DNA from: an uncultured Candidatus Poseidoniales archaeon
GTDB lineage: Archaea; Thermoplasmatota; Poseidoniia; Poseidoniales; Thalassarchaeaceae
Length of the DNA stretch: 64,000 nt
Direction: 5' to 3'
Assembly (NCBI GenBank): GCA_902560445.1
Contig: CACELO010000002.1
Location: forward strand, 66,468 to 130,467
The notes beneath the pieces are model-generated. The model saw nothing but the letters and a program-made list of their open reading frames with translations, had not been told where the DNA came from and searched no databases. Position 1 is the first letter of the stretch. Every line of letters starts with the position of its first letter. A program made the position numbers and the translations under genes. Positions 9,931 to 18,418 of the stretch are shown one piece after another.

Positions 9931-10749
9931 TCACCCTAAATATTCTGTAGCCTCGACAGCAGTCTTTCCTTCGTGAATTACCGCTTTTAGAGCCTGAATA
10001 TGAGAGGCTGGATTATTTGCTCCAAATACCTGTCTTCCCATACATACTCCGGCGCCACCCACCGAAATTGACTGCTCGACAATATCAAGTAATTCTGTGA
10101 ATGAAGTTCCACGTGGACCGCCAGCAATTAGAATTGGAATAGGCACTGCCGCACATACTTCAGCAAAAGATTCTACATCACCTGTCCATGGAACTTTGAC
10201 AACATCACAACCTAGTTCCCAAGCAACTCTTGCGGCGTGAGCAATCCCTCCAGTATTGTCATCATCAGAGACAATTAGATTTGGCCCTCGAGGGTATACC
10301 ATACCTAGTACAGGCATTCCGAGGGAAATTGCTTCACCGGTTAAGGCCCCCATTTCAACAATCATTTCCGGTTCGTATTCATCACCGAGATTAATCTGAG
10401 CCGAACATCCCGTTGCTCCTCGAAATAGACATTCTTCTGCGGACGCTACTCGCACTTTGTCTCCTGCACGTTCACCAGCATGTTGGGTAGAAACAGAGAC
10501 GTGACAAACAAAGCGATTCCATCCGGTCCTCTCAAAGTGATGACTCAAGGAGCCTTTCTGGAGAATAATTGCATCGGCTCCCGCTTCGATACATGAATCG
10601 ACGACTTCGTCCATCCTTTCAAGACCCTTTTCTGGATAACCAGATATGCCATGATCCATAGGAATCCAAACACCCTTCCCATCTGGAAGTAAGCGAGCCA
10701 ACCTCTCGAATAGGGTCTCGGCCATGGAATTCCGTCTACACTCCCTCAC
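9931..10749 (-). CDS. 2-amino-3,7-dideoxy-D-threo-hept-6-ulosonate (ADH) synthase, DhnA-type class I aldolase
   Basis: 'GVWIPMDHGISGYP', 'AIILQKG', 'VKVPWTGD' class I aldolase pattern. Adjacency to DHQS-II argues for ADHS rather than FBP aldolase. An alternative start is ATG 10725. Confidence 0.75.
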   Translation of the reverse strand: MRECRRNSMAETLFERLARLLPDGKGVWIPMDHGISGYPEKGLERMDEVVDSCIEAGADAIILQKGSLSHHFERTGWNRFVCHVSVSTQHAGERAGDKVRVASAEECLFRGATGCSAQINLGDEYEPEMIVEMGALTGEAISLGMPVLGMVYPRGPNLIVSDDDNTGGIAHAARVAWELGCDVVKVPWTGDVESFAEVCAAVPIPILIAGGPRGTSFTELLDIVEQSISVGGAGVCMGRQVFGANNPASHIQALKAVIHEGKTAVEATEYLG

Positions 10750-10798
10750 TTGAAAGGATGCGTTTGGTATTATTGGAATAGTTACTAGATATTCTTAA

Positions 10799-12091
10799 TC
10801 ACTCCAAACTATCTATACCCATCATAAGCAGAGTTAACACTACAATTAACCCCAATGCAAATGTATGGAATATTAGATTAAAGATAATATGCACAGATTT
10901 GTCATCAGTATAATTGTATGGAAACAATTCCATCACCTTCTCACGGCCTCCTTTAATTCCAAAAAGAGGCCTTAGTAATGAAGCACGCTTGACCAACTCA
11001 AAACAAGCTAATACTCCAAAAATCAAAACCGGGGTTCCTATTATCATCGCGGGTAGAAATCCTATGCCAATAATTGCTAAAATCACTATCAAAATAATAG
11101 TAAGGTGCATGTGTAGGATATAGGTTGCATAAACTGATTCATTTAGATAAGAGACAAATTTACCGGGTTTGTTTAGTACTTTAGAGGCCCAAGTGAAAAT
11201 AAGTAGGCACCAGAACCAGGCATGAAAAGATTGTAGAATTGAAGCAATTATTACCTTCAACGAGAATGGAGAATAACCTTCGTTTACCCATCCACCTTCC
11301 ATAACATAAGGTACATCGATTAAGATAATGAAAAAGAACCAGAATATGGCTAACAAGGGTGTGATAATTGTGATAGGGATACGTATTTTTTCCAATGATT
11401 GGAAGTAGTCATTTTTCGCAGATATGAGAAGAAAACCAATTAAAAAATAAATCATATACCTAGGAAATTCCCACCACATACCAACCTCTCCAAATTCCCA
11501 TGGTTTCAATAAAATTCCATTTATTGAAAGTATGACAGGAGGTAAAATAAGAATTCCGAGGCCAGATTTCATTCGAAGAATTCGGCGCATAAAACGCATT
11601 ATTGAACCATTGGGATTAGTCTTTACATGATAGAAAATGGGAGTAAGTACAATTGAGTAAATCAGTAAGTTGTAAACAAACCAAAGGTGACCATACGGCA
11701 TATTTTCTGAAGCTGGAAAAATAGAGAACAAAAGTACGGTTTTTTCTGTAAAATCACGTATTCCGAAAAAAAGAATGTACACAGTGAAAAGAAGAGGCAA
11801 TCCGAGCCTAGTAAGTCTCTCCTTGATGTATTGTTTCCAAGTTCTTTTTCTTAGTGCAAAAGCGGTTCCCATACCTGAAATCACAAACAGAGCCGCTAAC
11901 CTCCACTGATGCATTACAGAAACTACGAAGAAATATGGTAGGCCAAAAATCCCCTCTGGTTGTTCAAAATAGAATACTGCAAAATGAAACCAAATCAGCA
12001 ATCCAAACAAAATTACTCTTAGCCAATCTATGTCATATCGGCGGATGGATTTGTTAGATTCAAGAATCACAACATTGGGAGACCCTTGCAT
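10799..12091 (-). CDS. membrane acyltransferase (acyltransferase-3/OpgC-like family)
   Basis: 430 aa, about 10 TM segments. The N-terminal 'RRYDIDWLRVILFGLLIWFHF' is typical of the family. Confidence 0.65.
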   Translation of the reverse strand: MQGSPNVVILESNKSIRRYDIDWLRVILFGLLIWFHFAVFYFEQPEGIFGLPYFFVVSVMHQWRLAALFVISGMGTAFALRKRTWKQYIKERLTRLGLPLLFTVYILFFGIRDFTEKTVLLFSIFPASENMPYGHLWFVYNLLIYSIVLTPIFYHVKTNPNGSIMRFMRRILRMKSGLGILILPPVILSINGILLKPWEFGEVGMWWEFPRYMIYFLIGFLLISAKNDYFQSLEKIRIPITIITPLLAIFWFFFIILIDVPYVMEGGWVNEGYSPFSLKVIIASILQSFHAWFWCLLIFTWASKVLNKPGKFVSYLNESVYATYILHMHLTIILIVILAIIGIGFLPAMIIGTPVLIFGVLACFELVKRASLLRPLFGIKGGREKVMELFPYNYTDDKSVHIIFNLIFHTFALGLIVVLTLLMMGIDSLE

Positions 12092-12110
12092 GCTAAATGC
12101 CTCATATTCA

Positions 12111-12890
12111 CTACAAACTGAAGTCTATTATTACTGGTGCATGATCCGAGCATTCCAAGCCCGCTAGTCGATTGACCTCTGCGTATTCAAAATTTGACAA
12201 AGCGGCATCATTAGCCAACACATAATCGATACGCCAGCCTCTGTCTAAAATCCTAGCTTGGCCTCTGTTAGACCACCAAGTATAGGGGCCTTTTCTTTCT
12301 CCAAAATAAATACGATGTAAGTCATGCCATCCACTAGCAAGAAAGCGACTGAACCACTCTCTTTCGTGATCTAGGAATCCAGAGGTTAGACGATTTCCGC
12401 TAGGGTTCCAAATATCATCTTCTGTGTGTGCTATATTCAAATCTCCAACCAAAACAACTGGATCTGAGGAATTCAGATATTGATTTGCCCAGATTAGCAA
12501 ATCTTCTAACCATTGATCTTTGTAAGTTTGCCTTGCTGAGCCTGAACCTCCATTTGGAAGGTAAATATTGATGCAAGTAAGAGAACCACACTTTGTAGTT
12601 AGCACCCTACCTTCTAAATCCTCAGGATCTAGTTCAGTTTCTATCCCTCTGGAAATTTCCTCAATACCGATTCTCGAAAAAGATGCCACTCCCGAATAAC
12701 CCTTTTTCTCCGCAGGATGCCAAACGACTTCATGACCCGAGGGTAATTCCCAGTCTTTAGGTAATTGTTCAGGCAACGCCCTTACTTCTTGTAAAAGCCA
12801 GACATCGGCATCGATTTTATCCATCCAAGTATCCATGCCTTTTCGGATAGCGGCCCGTATTCCATTAACGTTCCAAGTCACTACTCGCAT
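12111..12890 (-). CDS. xth: exodeoxyribonuclease III (AP endonuclease)
   Basis: 'MRVVTWNVNGIRA', 'LLQE', 'GDLNIAHTEDD', 'SDHAPV'. I use ATG 12890 rather than the ORF-track 12935; this removes the overlap with the upstream permease gene. Confidence 0.85.
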   Translation of the reverse strand: MRVVTWNVNGIRAAIRKGMDTWMDKIDADVWLLQEVRALPEQLPKDWELPSGHEVVWHPAEKKGYSGVASFSRIGIEEISRGIETELDPEDLEGRVLTTKCGSLTCINIYLPNGGSGSARQTYKDQWLEDLLIWANQYLNSSDPVVLVGDLNIAHTEDDIWNPSGNRLTSGFLDHEREWFSRFLASGWHDLHRIYFGERKGPYTWWSNRGQARILDRGWRIDYVLANDAALSNFEYAEVNRLAGLECSDHAPVIIDFSL

Positions 12891-12903
12891 CAAATCACCG
12901 ATA

Positions 12904-15351
12904 TCAATTTGAAAATTCTTTGACCTTTTCCACAAGGTTCATCCTATGTACTCTCCACATACCAACAGGAGTCAACGCAAGTGAAATGAGTAATACAATT
13001 CCAACTAAATATGAAGAAATCAAAGGATCAGCATTGACCTTGAAATAAAATGACCATTGAACTAAACTGCTAATCATCCACTGAGTTCCAAGAATTGAGA
13101 AAATAGCACCCAAAAATCCACCAATTAAACCAATAGCAAAGTGTTCTCCAAGCATCATTGTTCCAATTTTTCTGATTGGTGCACCTAGAACCCTTAGTGT
13201 TGCTAATTCCAAATCTCGTTCTGCTAGATTGATAATTAGAGTGTTGAACAATACAACAATGGCAATTACAACTCCTAAAACCTGAATCGCGATAAAAAAT
13301 GCTTGTTGCTGTTCCATAAGTGATTCCATTGCATCAATGGTTTCTTGTTTATCGATAACTCCAATTGATATATCCCCTAACTCATTAGCTCTATCGAATT
13401 CCTCTGGATAAGTCAAGAATACTGATGTCGCCGCTAGGTCTAGCTCAGAGGACAAATCTACTCGATTAAAGTAAACCGTTCTAGCGATTTCACCCTCTGT
13501 TATTCCAGTTATTTTGAACTCGACTAGTTGTGAGCCAAATCTGATTGCATGTACCTCTCCCACACTCCATCCAAGGAAATGTTGTATTCCTTCGTCAACC
13601 AATGCCTCAGGAGGTTGATTGCCTTGATTCGGTAATTCCCCTTCAATCAAACTTAATGTTTGCATAGCTTGATTTCCTGAAGTTGAAAATACATCTAGAC
13701 CCATGGCAGTTAATTGTCGAGAATCACCATCAGGATTTGCAGGTAGGGCAAGCAATAGTTCGTAATCAATCGAGTTTTCTTCTGCCCAATCAACAATTTC
13801 TACTTCCATTCCAGGAAATACAATTGCCTGCTGATCCCAGTTGGAACTTTCATCAGCATTACCGATGAAAACATCTTCCATGGAATTCATCATGAATAAC
13901 ATTGAACCTAGAATTAGCATCGATAAACCGACTGCAAAAAAGGTGAAAGCCAACCGAATTGGTTTGCGAGTACTTGACCTGATAGTAAGACCAATTGTGG
14001 TTGGGAGCTTAGAAGTAAATTGTTGAATTGCTTTGGATGATAGTTTAACTTCAGTCTGACCCCTGAGGACTTTCAATGGATCTAAATTGGCGGCTTGCCA
14101 AGCTGGCCTTACTCCTGAGAACATAACAAGCAGCATAGTGATTGTCGAAATTTCAAGAACTTGTGTAAATGAAAAACTTTCACCTATAACTGGGATACCC
14201 ATGATATTCTCATAAACTAATTCCATAGCAGGGGATCCTAAGAAAATCCCAAAAATAATTCCAAAAATTGTCCCAAAGAAACCTATTCCTATTGGCGCTA
14301 AAACATAAGAGGGCATTATTGCAGATCGAGGGATACCTAGAGTTCTGAGTATAGCGATTTCTCTTGCTTGAGATTGAATTAACCTTTGTAGACTCAAGAA
14401 TATTGTAATTCCAGCAACAAGTATCAACATTGCCGTGATTACAGGATATGTCACCATGGCACCCTCTGCATCAGCCCTCAGCAATTCTACTGATTCTACG
14501 CCTGAACGGTCGTATATTATTGCCGATTGGTCGATTTGAGATACTGTAATTTTCATAGAGTCAATTATTACTGCAAGGTCTTCACCCTCTTCCTCATCTG
14601 TCGATTGTAAATCATATTCTGGAGTTCCATATACGTCTATCAACAGCATATTTGCTGTTCCTGCAGAAACATTTGCCAATGCCTCTAGTCCAGATGAGGT
14701 TAGGTATCCTGTTGCAAAGGTCCCAGATTCAGCAGGAACTATAGAACCTGGTACTGCAAAATAGAGGTGCATTGGATGGTATCCGAATCCTACTATTGTG
14801 AAATTCAATGTTCCTTGACCTGCACCAATTGTAACAGTATCACCCAATTCGATACCTAATCCCTCAACTACATGGGCATCGAGTACTATTTCATCATGGG
14901 ACTCAGCTAGACGACCCTCGCAACATGAATCATCAGGCATCCAAACTCTATCGACATAGCCCTCATCAATACCGTGCCAAACACCTGGCACCAGCCTTTC
15001 AGAACCATCATCTTCGCTAGCAATCAAGAGTCCTTCGAGAATGAAACGGGGTTCACATTCTACCAAAGGCAATTCAGTATTTGTCCATTGAAATGAAATT
15101 TCTTCACATAGATTTTCAGATTCTTCTAAATCCCAAACATCCCTTGGATTTTCAACCCATATATCGGCTAAATTTACCCCATTTTCGGAATCTTCATAGA
15201 TTTCGGAATACATGTTTGTTGTCATGTGCGCGTAATGGCCGAATGCAATACCCGACATCACTCCAACCATTATGATAAGCACTACCGCAACCAGACGTAA
15301 TTTGCTACGCCATAGACTTCGAAAAAGCCTCTTTGTCAACAGTACTTTCAT
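12904..15351 (-). CDS. ABC transporter permease with two FtsX-type domains (MacB/YbbP-like)
   Basis: 815 aa. An N-terminal TM is followed by a large extracytoplasmic domain and a 3-TM FtsX block, and this pattern is repeated. 'REIAILRTLGIPRS' and 'LELATLRVLGAPIRK' are FtsX signature loops. Confidence 0.8.
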   Translation of the reverse strand: MKVLLTKRLFRSLWRSKLRLVAVVLIIMVGVMSGIAFGHYAHMTTNMYSEIYEDSENGVNLADIWVENPRDVWDLEESENLCEEISFQWTNTELPLVECEPRFILEGLLIASEDDGSERLVPGVWHGIDEGYVDRVWMPDDSCCEGRLAESHDEIVLDAHVVEGLGIELGDTVTIGAGQGTLNFTIVGFGYHPMHLYFAVPGSIVPAESGTFATGYLTSSGLEALANVSAGTANMLLIDVYGTPEYDLQSTDEEEGEDLAVIIDSMKITVSQIDQSAIIYDRSGVESVELLRADAEGAMVTYPVITAMLILVAGITIFLSLQRLIQSQAREIAILRTLGIPRSAIMPSYVLAPIGIGFFGTIFGIIFGIFLGSPAMELVYENIMGIPVIGESFSFTQVLEISTITMLLVMFSGVRPAWQAANLDPLKVLRGQTEVKLSSKAIQQFTSKLPTTIGLTIRSSTRKPIRLAFTFFAVGLSMLILGSMLFMMNSMEDVFIGNADESSNWDQQAIVFPGMEVEIVDWAEENSIDYELLLALPANPDGDSRQLTAMGLDVFSTSGNQAMQTLSLIEGELPNQGNQPPEALVDEGIQHFLGWSVGEVHAIRFGSQLVEFKITGITEGEIARTVYFNRVDLSSELDLAATSVFLTYPEEFDRANELGDISIGVIDKQETIDAMESLMEQQQAFFIAIQVLGVVIAIVVLFNTLIINLAERDLELATLRVLGAPIRKIGTMMLGEHFAIGLIGGFLGAIFSILGTQWMISSLVQWSFYFKVNADPLISSYLVGIVLLISLALTPVGMWRVHRMNLVEKVKEFSN

Positions 15352-15360
15352 GATATCACC

Positions 15361-16212
15361 TCAAACAACTTCGTCGGAAATAATTACTCCACTGTCGAGC
15401 CTGATTATTCTTGTTGCATATTTAGAAAGCGATTCATCATGAGTGACAAAAACAGTGGTGATATTCTCTGCTTCACAGGCTTTGACAAGCACTTCCATTA
15501 CCATCGATGAAGTCTTTGTGTCAAGATTACCAGTTAATTCGTCACCCAGTAATAATTTCGGCCTCTTTGCTAAACTTCTAGCAATAGCGACACGTTGTTG
15601 CTGCCCTCCACTAATCTCTGTAGGGAAACGATCTACCTCCTCTTCTAAACCAACAAGGGCTAGTAATTCTCTCGCACGCTTCTCATCTCTCCCTCCAGCC
15701 AATTCTTGAATTAACAGAATGTTCTCGAGTACGGTTAGGTCTTGTAATAGGTTAAAAAATTGGAATACGTATCCAATATTTTCTCTCCGGAAAGATGTAG
15801 CTTCTTCACTAGCCCTAGCTAGAGGCCTAGAGTAAGTGAAATAATGCAATGGATAGAGAAGTAAACGCAGAGGAATGTTGTTCAAATTGCGGAACATTTC
15901 TGCAATTCTGCTGAATCTACCGAAGCCTTTGAGAGGAGGAATAGGATTCCACCATCTTGGTATAATTTCTGGATATCTAGGTACATCTTCGCCTGCAAAT
16001 CTGTAGGTTCCAGCGGTCGGATTATCTAATGCAGCTATACAATTTAGTAAGGTTGTTTTTCCAGAACCTGAGGGCCCCAGAAGTATAATTCGTTCACCTT
16101 CATTGACTCGTAAATCAACGCCATCAAGCGCCTTTACGGTGCCTGAAACCATCTCATAATACCTTTTCATCCCTTCAATTTTTACTAGATTATTTGTCAT
16201 ATTCCTCACCAC
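15361..16212 (-). CDS. ABC transporter ATP-binding protein (MacB/LolD type) with an unusual insertion
   Basis: Walker A 'GPSGSGKTT', Q-loop 'GYVFQFFNLL', signature 'ISGGQQQRVAIARS', Walker B 'LLLGDELTGNLD'. About 95 aa separate Walker A from the Q-loop instead of about 40. Confidence 0.9.
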   Translation of the reverse strand: MVRNMTNNLVKIEGMKRYYEMVSGTVKALDGVDLRVNEGERIILLGPSGSGKTTLLNCIAALDNPTAGTYRFAGEDVPRYPEIIPRWWNPIPPLKGFGRFSRIAEMFRNLNNIPLRLLLYPLHYFTYSRPLARASEEATSFRRENIGYVFQFFNLLQDLTVLENILLIQELAGGRDEKRARELLALVGLEEEVDRFPTEISGGQQQRVAIARSLAKRPKLLLGDELTGNLDTKTSSMVMEVLVKACEAENITTVFVTHDESLSKYATRIIRLDSGVIISDEVV

Positions 16213-16235
16213 GTTTAATCTGTTATTTGGGTACC

Positions 16236-18359
16236 TTAAATTACTTCAGATGAGCCAGCGAAGAATTCCATAGACTCACGGAACAATTCTTCTCTACGCT
16301 TCTTTTTGTTGCGACGCAGATGCATCAATGTAAATCCAATTGCAAGTAAAATCACAAATGGAATGAATGCTTCTGCATGATATCTTTCCATGAATTCTAT
16401 GATCCCCTTGGCGGTATATGCCCAAGTTAGGGATGCTGCAGTACCTCCCATCAAACAAGCCGCCAATACCCTTTGGAAGCGCATTCTAGCAACAAGTCCT
16501 AACATAGCACCAACTAGAACTCCGCTTGCCATGAAGGGTATCCAAACGAAGACAATAAGGAACCAGAATCCATACTTCTCAATTCTATCCTGATTCTTAT
16601 TTGCAATATATTCTACATTAGATAGAATATCTCCCATGAATGGATTTTGTAGTAACGTTCCAGTTATTCCGCCCTGTCGTGCAACAAGTGCCTCACCAAT
16701 CAATTCTTCTTTACCATCATTTGGCACTACGGCTGCGGAAATAAGACCTCCAATTACTCCATCGGATAGTGAGCCCTTGCGTGCTATTCCATAGGCACCC
16801 AATGTTGCATCTTCTACTCTACCTGCCATCGCTCTATCCGAAAGTGTAGCCTTCTCATTTCGAGCGCTTACAATCAGCACCTTACCGTCAAGATACTTCA
16901 GTAAATCATTGCTTAAGTGAGCATGTAAATCCTCTTGCATATCCTGATATGTAGGCTTGAATAGGAAATAGGTAAACCGTGTAACTGGTTTGTAAATCAC
17001 TCTAACAAATACTGCGTCTTCATCAGACAGCACAGCAGTTCCATAATCTACCAAATCATGTTTCTTGAACCAGCGATTTAGGCTGTTGTTTGCGGCCACC
17101 TCTAACCAGCCATATGCACTCATATTGACGAAGAAATCAGAATAATCTTCCATTAAAACAGGTATTTCTCCTAAGGCCAATGAACGTCTATTTCCTTCGT
17201 GAGATTCATGAGTTCCTTCATCTAAACAGATAATTTTCATCTGAAGTGGCTTCATTTCTCCAAAGACCGCGAACTCCTCGAGCAGGCCCTTGGTTAACAC
17301 AGCGCGGATGTCAGATGGTTGTTCAATTGTAGTAGAGCGAGTAGTGTAGGGTACGATGAGATCTATCGAAATTGTTCTTAATTGCATCTTTAATTTATCA
17401 AAATCGATGTCAATATGCAACTTTTCTGTAGACCGCCGTAAAGTTCGACTAATCATTCTACTAAGTTGCTCGTCATTCAATATATCATTTGTATCACGAT
17501 GATACATCTTATGCATCAGAGGATATTGTACACAGAGGAAAAATAGCGACATTCCAAGAGATACCATTGCCATCCACCATGCCGGGATACCGGCACTTCC
17601 ACCCGTTAGCATAGCAGCCTCACGGCCACCTACCCATTCGGCGCCCATCATAATCCAGCCCCAATTACCCAACCCTTGAATCGTCCAACAGGAACGAGGG
17701 TCTTCATCGATAATTTCTACATGAGCGAAATTTTCTATTTTGAATGATTTGCTTTCTAAGTTAACTCCAGAAGAGTCCACCAATAACTGCAATTCTTCCT
17801 GACTCATATCTTCTAAACTGGATTCAGTAATAACTTGCCAAATTGATGCAGATGCATTGTAATGGCCATTTTCTAAATTATCTGGATCGTATTCCAGTTC
17901 TTGGTCGCCAAAACCGCCTTGCAGTAAAGTAATAGATTCAGCCTCCGAAATCACAATTACAATACCGATTACTGTTTCAATTTCAGAATCAACATTGTGA
18001 GATATTACCTTGATTACGTGTCCATCAACATCGTAGAAGACATTAAACCAAACTTCACCCCTCTTGTCAACACATTCATCGCCTGGGTCTAGAGGCGTAG
18101 CTGAAAGGGTCTTGTCAATTACAATTGAGTCAGATGCAACCCAACCTGATGACATGATGAATACCCCACCAAAGAATACAGCCCCGATAATTAAGCCAGT
18201 AAGTAGAGTATAGTCTTCAAAGGCTCCACGAAAGAATCTCTTGTCACCTTCACGCCGAGCACGAATCAGGTCTAACTCTTTGTCGAGACTGTCCTTGTCA
18301 GTCTCCTCGGGCGGCCCCGCCTCAGTCACGGTTTGAAAAGACAAGGGGCGGGTCATCAA
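16236..18359 (-). CDS. 707-aa multi-domain membrane protein of unknown function; the C-terminal 3-TM module resembles the COG2426 'small multidrug export'-like family
   Basis: Long ORF with one TM at about aa 52-72, an acidic outside domain, a TM at about 255-285, a roughly 300-aa soluble domain, and the C-terminal 'KYGFWFLIVFVWIPFMASGVLVGAMLGLVARM...'. Confidence 0.6.
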   Translation of the reverse strand: MMTRPLSFQTVTEAGPPEETDKDSLDKELDLIRARREGDKRFFRGAFEDYTLLTGLIIGAVFFGGVFIMSSGWVASDSIVIDKTLSATPLDPGDECVDKRGEVWFNVFYDVDGHVIKVISHNVDSEIETVIGIVIVISEAESITLLQGGFGDQELEYDPDNLENGHYNASASIWQVITESSLEDMSQEELQLLVDSSGVNLESKSFKIENFAHVEIIDEDPRSCWTIQGLGNWGWIMMGAEWVGGREAAMLTGGSAGIPAWWMAMVSLGMSLFFLCVQYPLMHKMYHRDTNDILNDEQLSRMISRTLRRSTEKLHIDIDFDKLKMQLRTISIDLIVPYTTRSTTIEQPSDIRAVLTKGLLEEFAVFGEMKPLQMKIICLDEGTHESHEGNRRSLALGEIPVLMEDYSDFFVNMSAYGWLEVAANNSLNRWFKKHDLVDYGTAVLSDEDAVFVRVIYKPVTRFTYFLFKPTYQDMQEDLHAHLSNDLLKYLDGKVLIVSARNEKATLSDRAMAGRVEDATLGAYGIARKGSLSDGVIGGLISAAVVPNDGKEELIGEALVARQGGITGTLLQNPFMGDILSNVEYIANKNQDRIEKYGFWFLIVFVWIPFMASGVLVGAMLGLVARMRFQRVLAACLMGGTAASLTWAYTAKGIIEFMERYHAEAFIPFVILLAIGFTLMHLRRNKKKRREELFRESMEFFAGSSEVI

Positions 18360-18418
18360 CCCGCCGGTCTTGCAATCTGAGTTCCTACGGAACTCATCAT
18401 AAGTGAGTAATTGTATAT

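Noticed and set aside
10799-12091. The visibly A/T-rich acyltransferase gene (and similarly 27300-27905 and 29593-30798) as horizontally acquired islands.
   Set aside because: The A/T richness is largely explained by amino-acid composition (Phe/Ile/Leu/Tyr/Asn/Lys-rich membrane or beta-propeller proteins). Without computed GC/codon statistics or flanking mobility genes the HGT call is unsupported.
18379-18395. Short perfect hairpins in intergenic regions: GAGTTCC-TAC-GGAACTC (18379-18395), AATTACGG...CCGTAATT (47081-47113), CGCCCCC-ATA-GGGGGCG (59932-59948), CGACTC-GGC-GAGTCG (50065-50079).
   Set aside because: Stems of 6-8 bp are expected by chance in 64 kb. None is followed by a T-tract on the transcribed strand, and archaeal termination does not require hairpins. 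They are noted, but no function is claimed.
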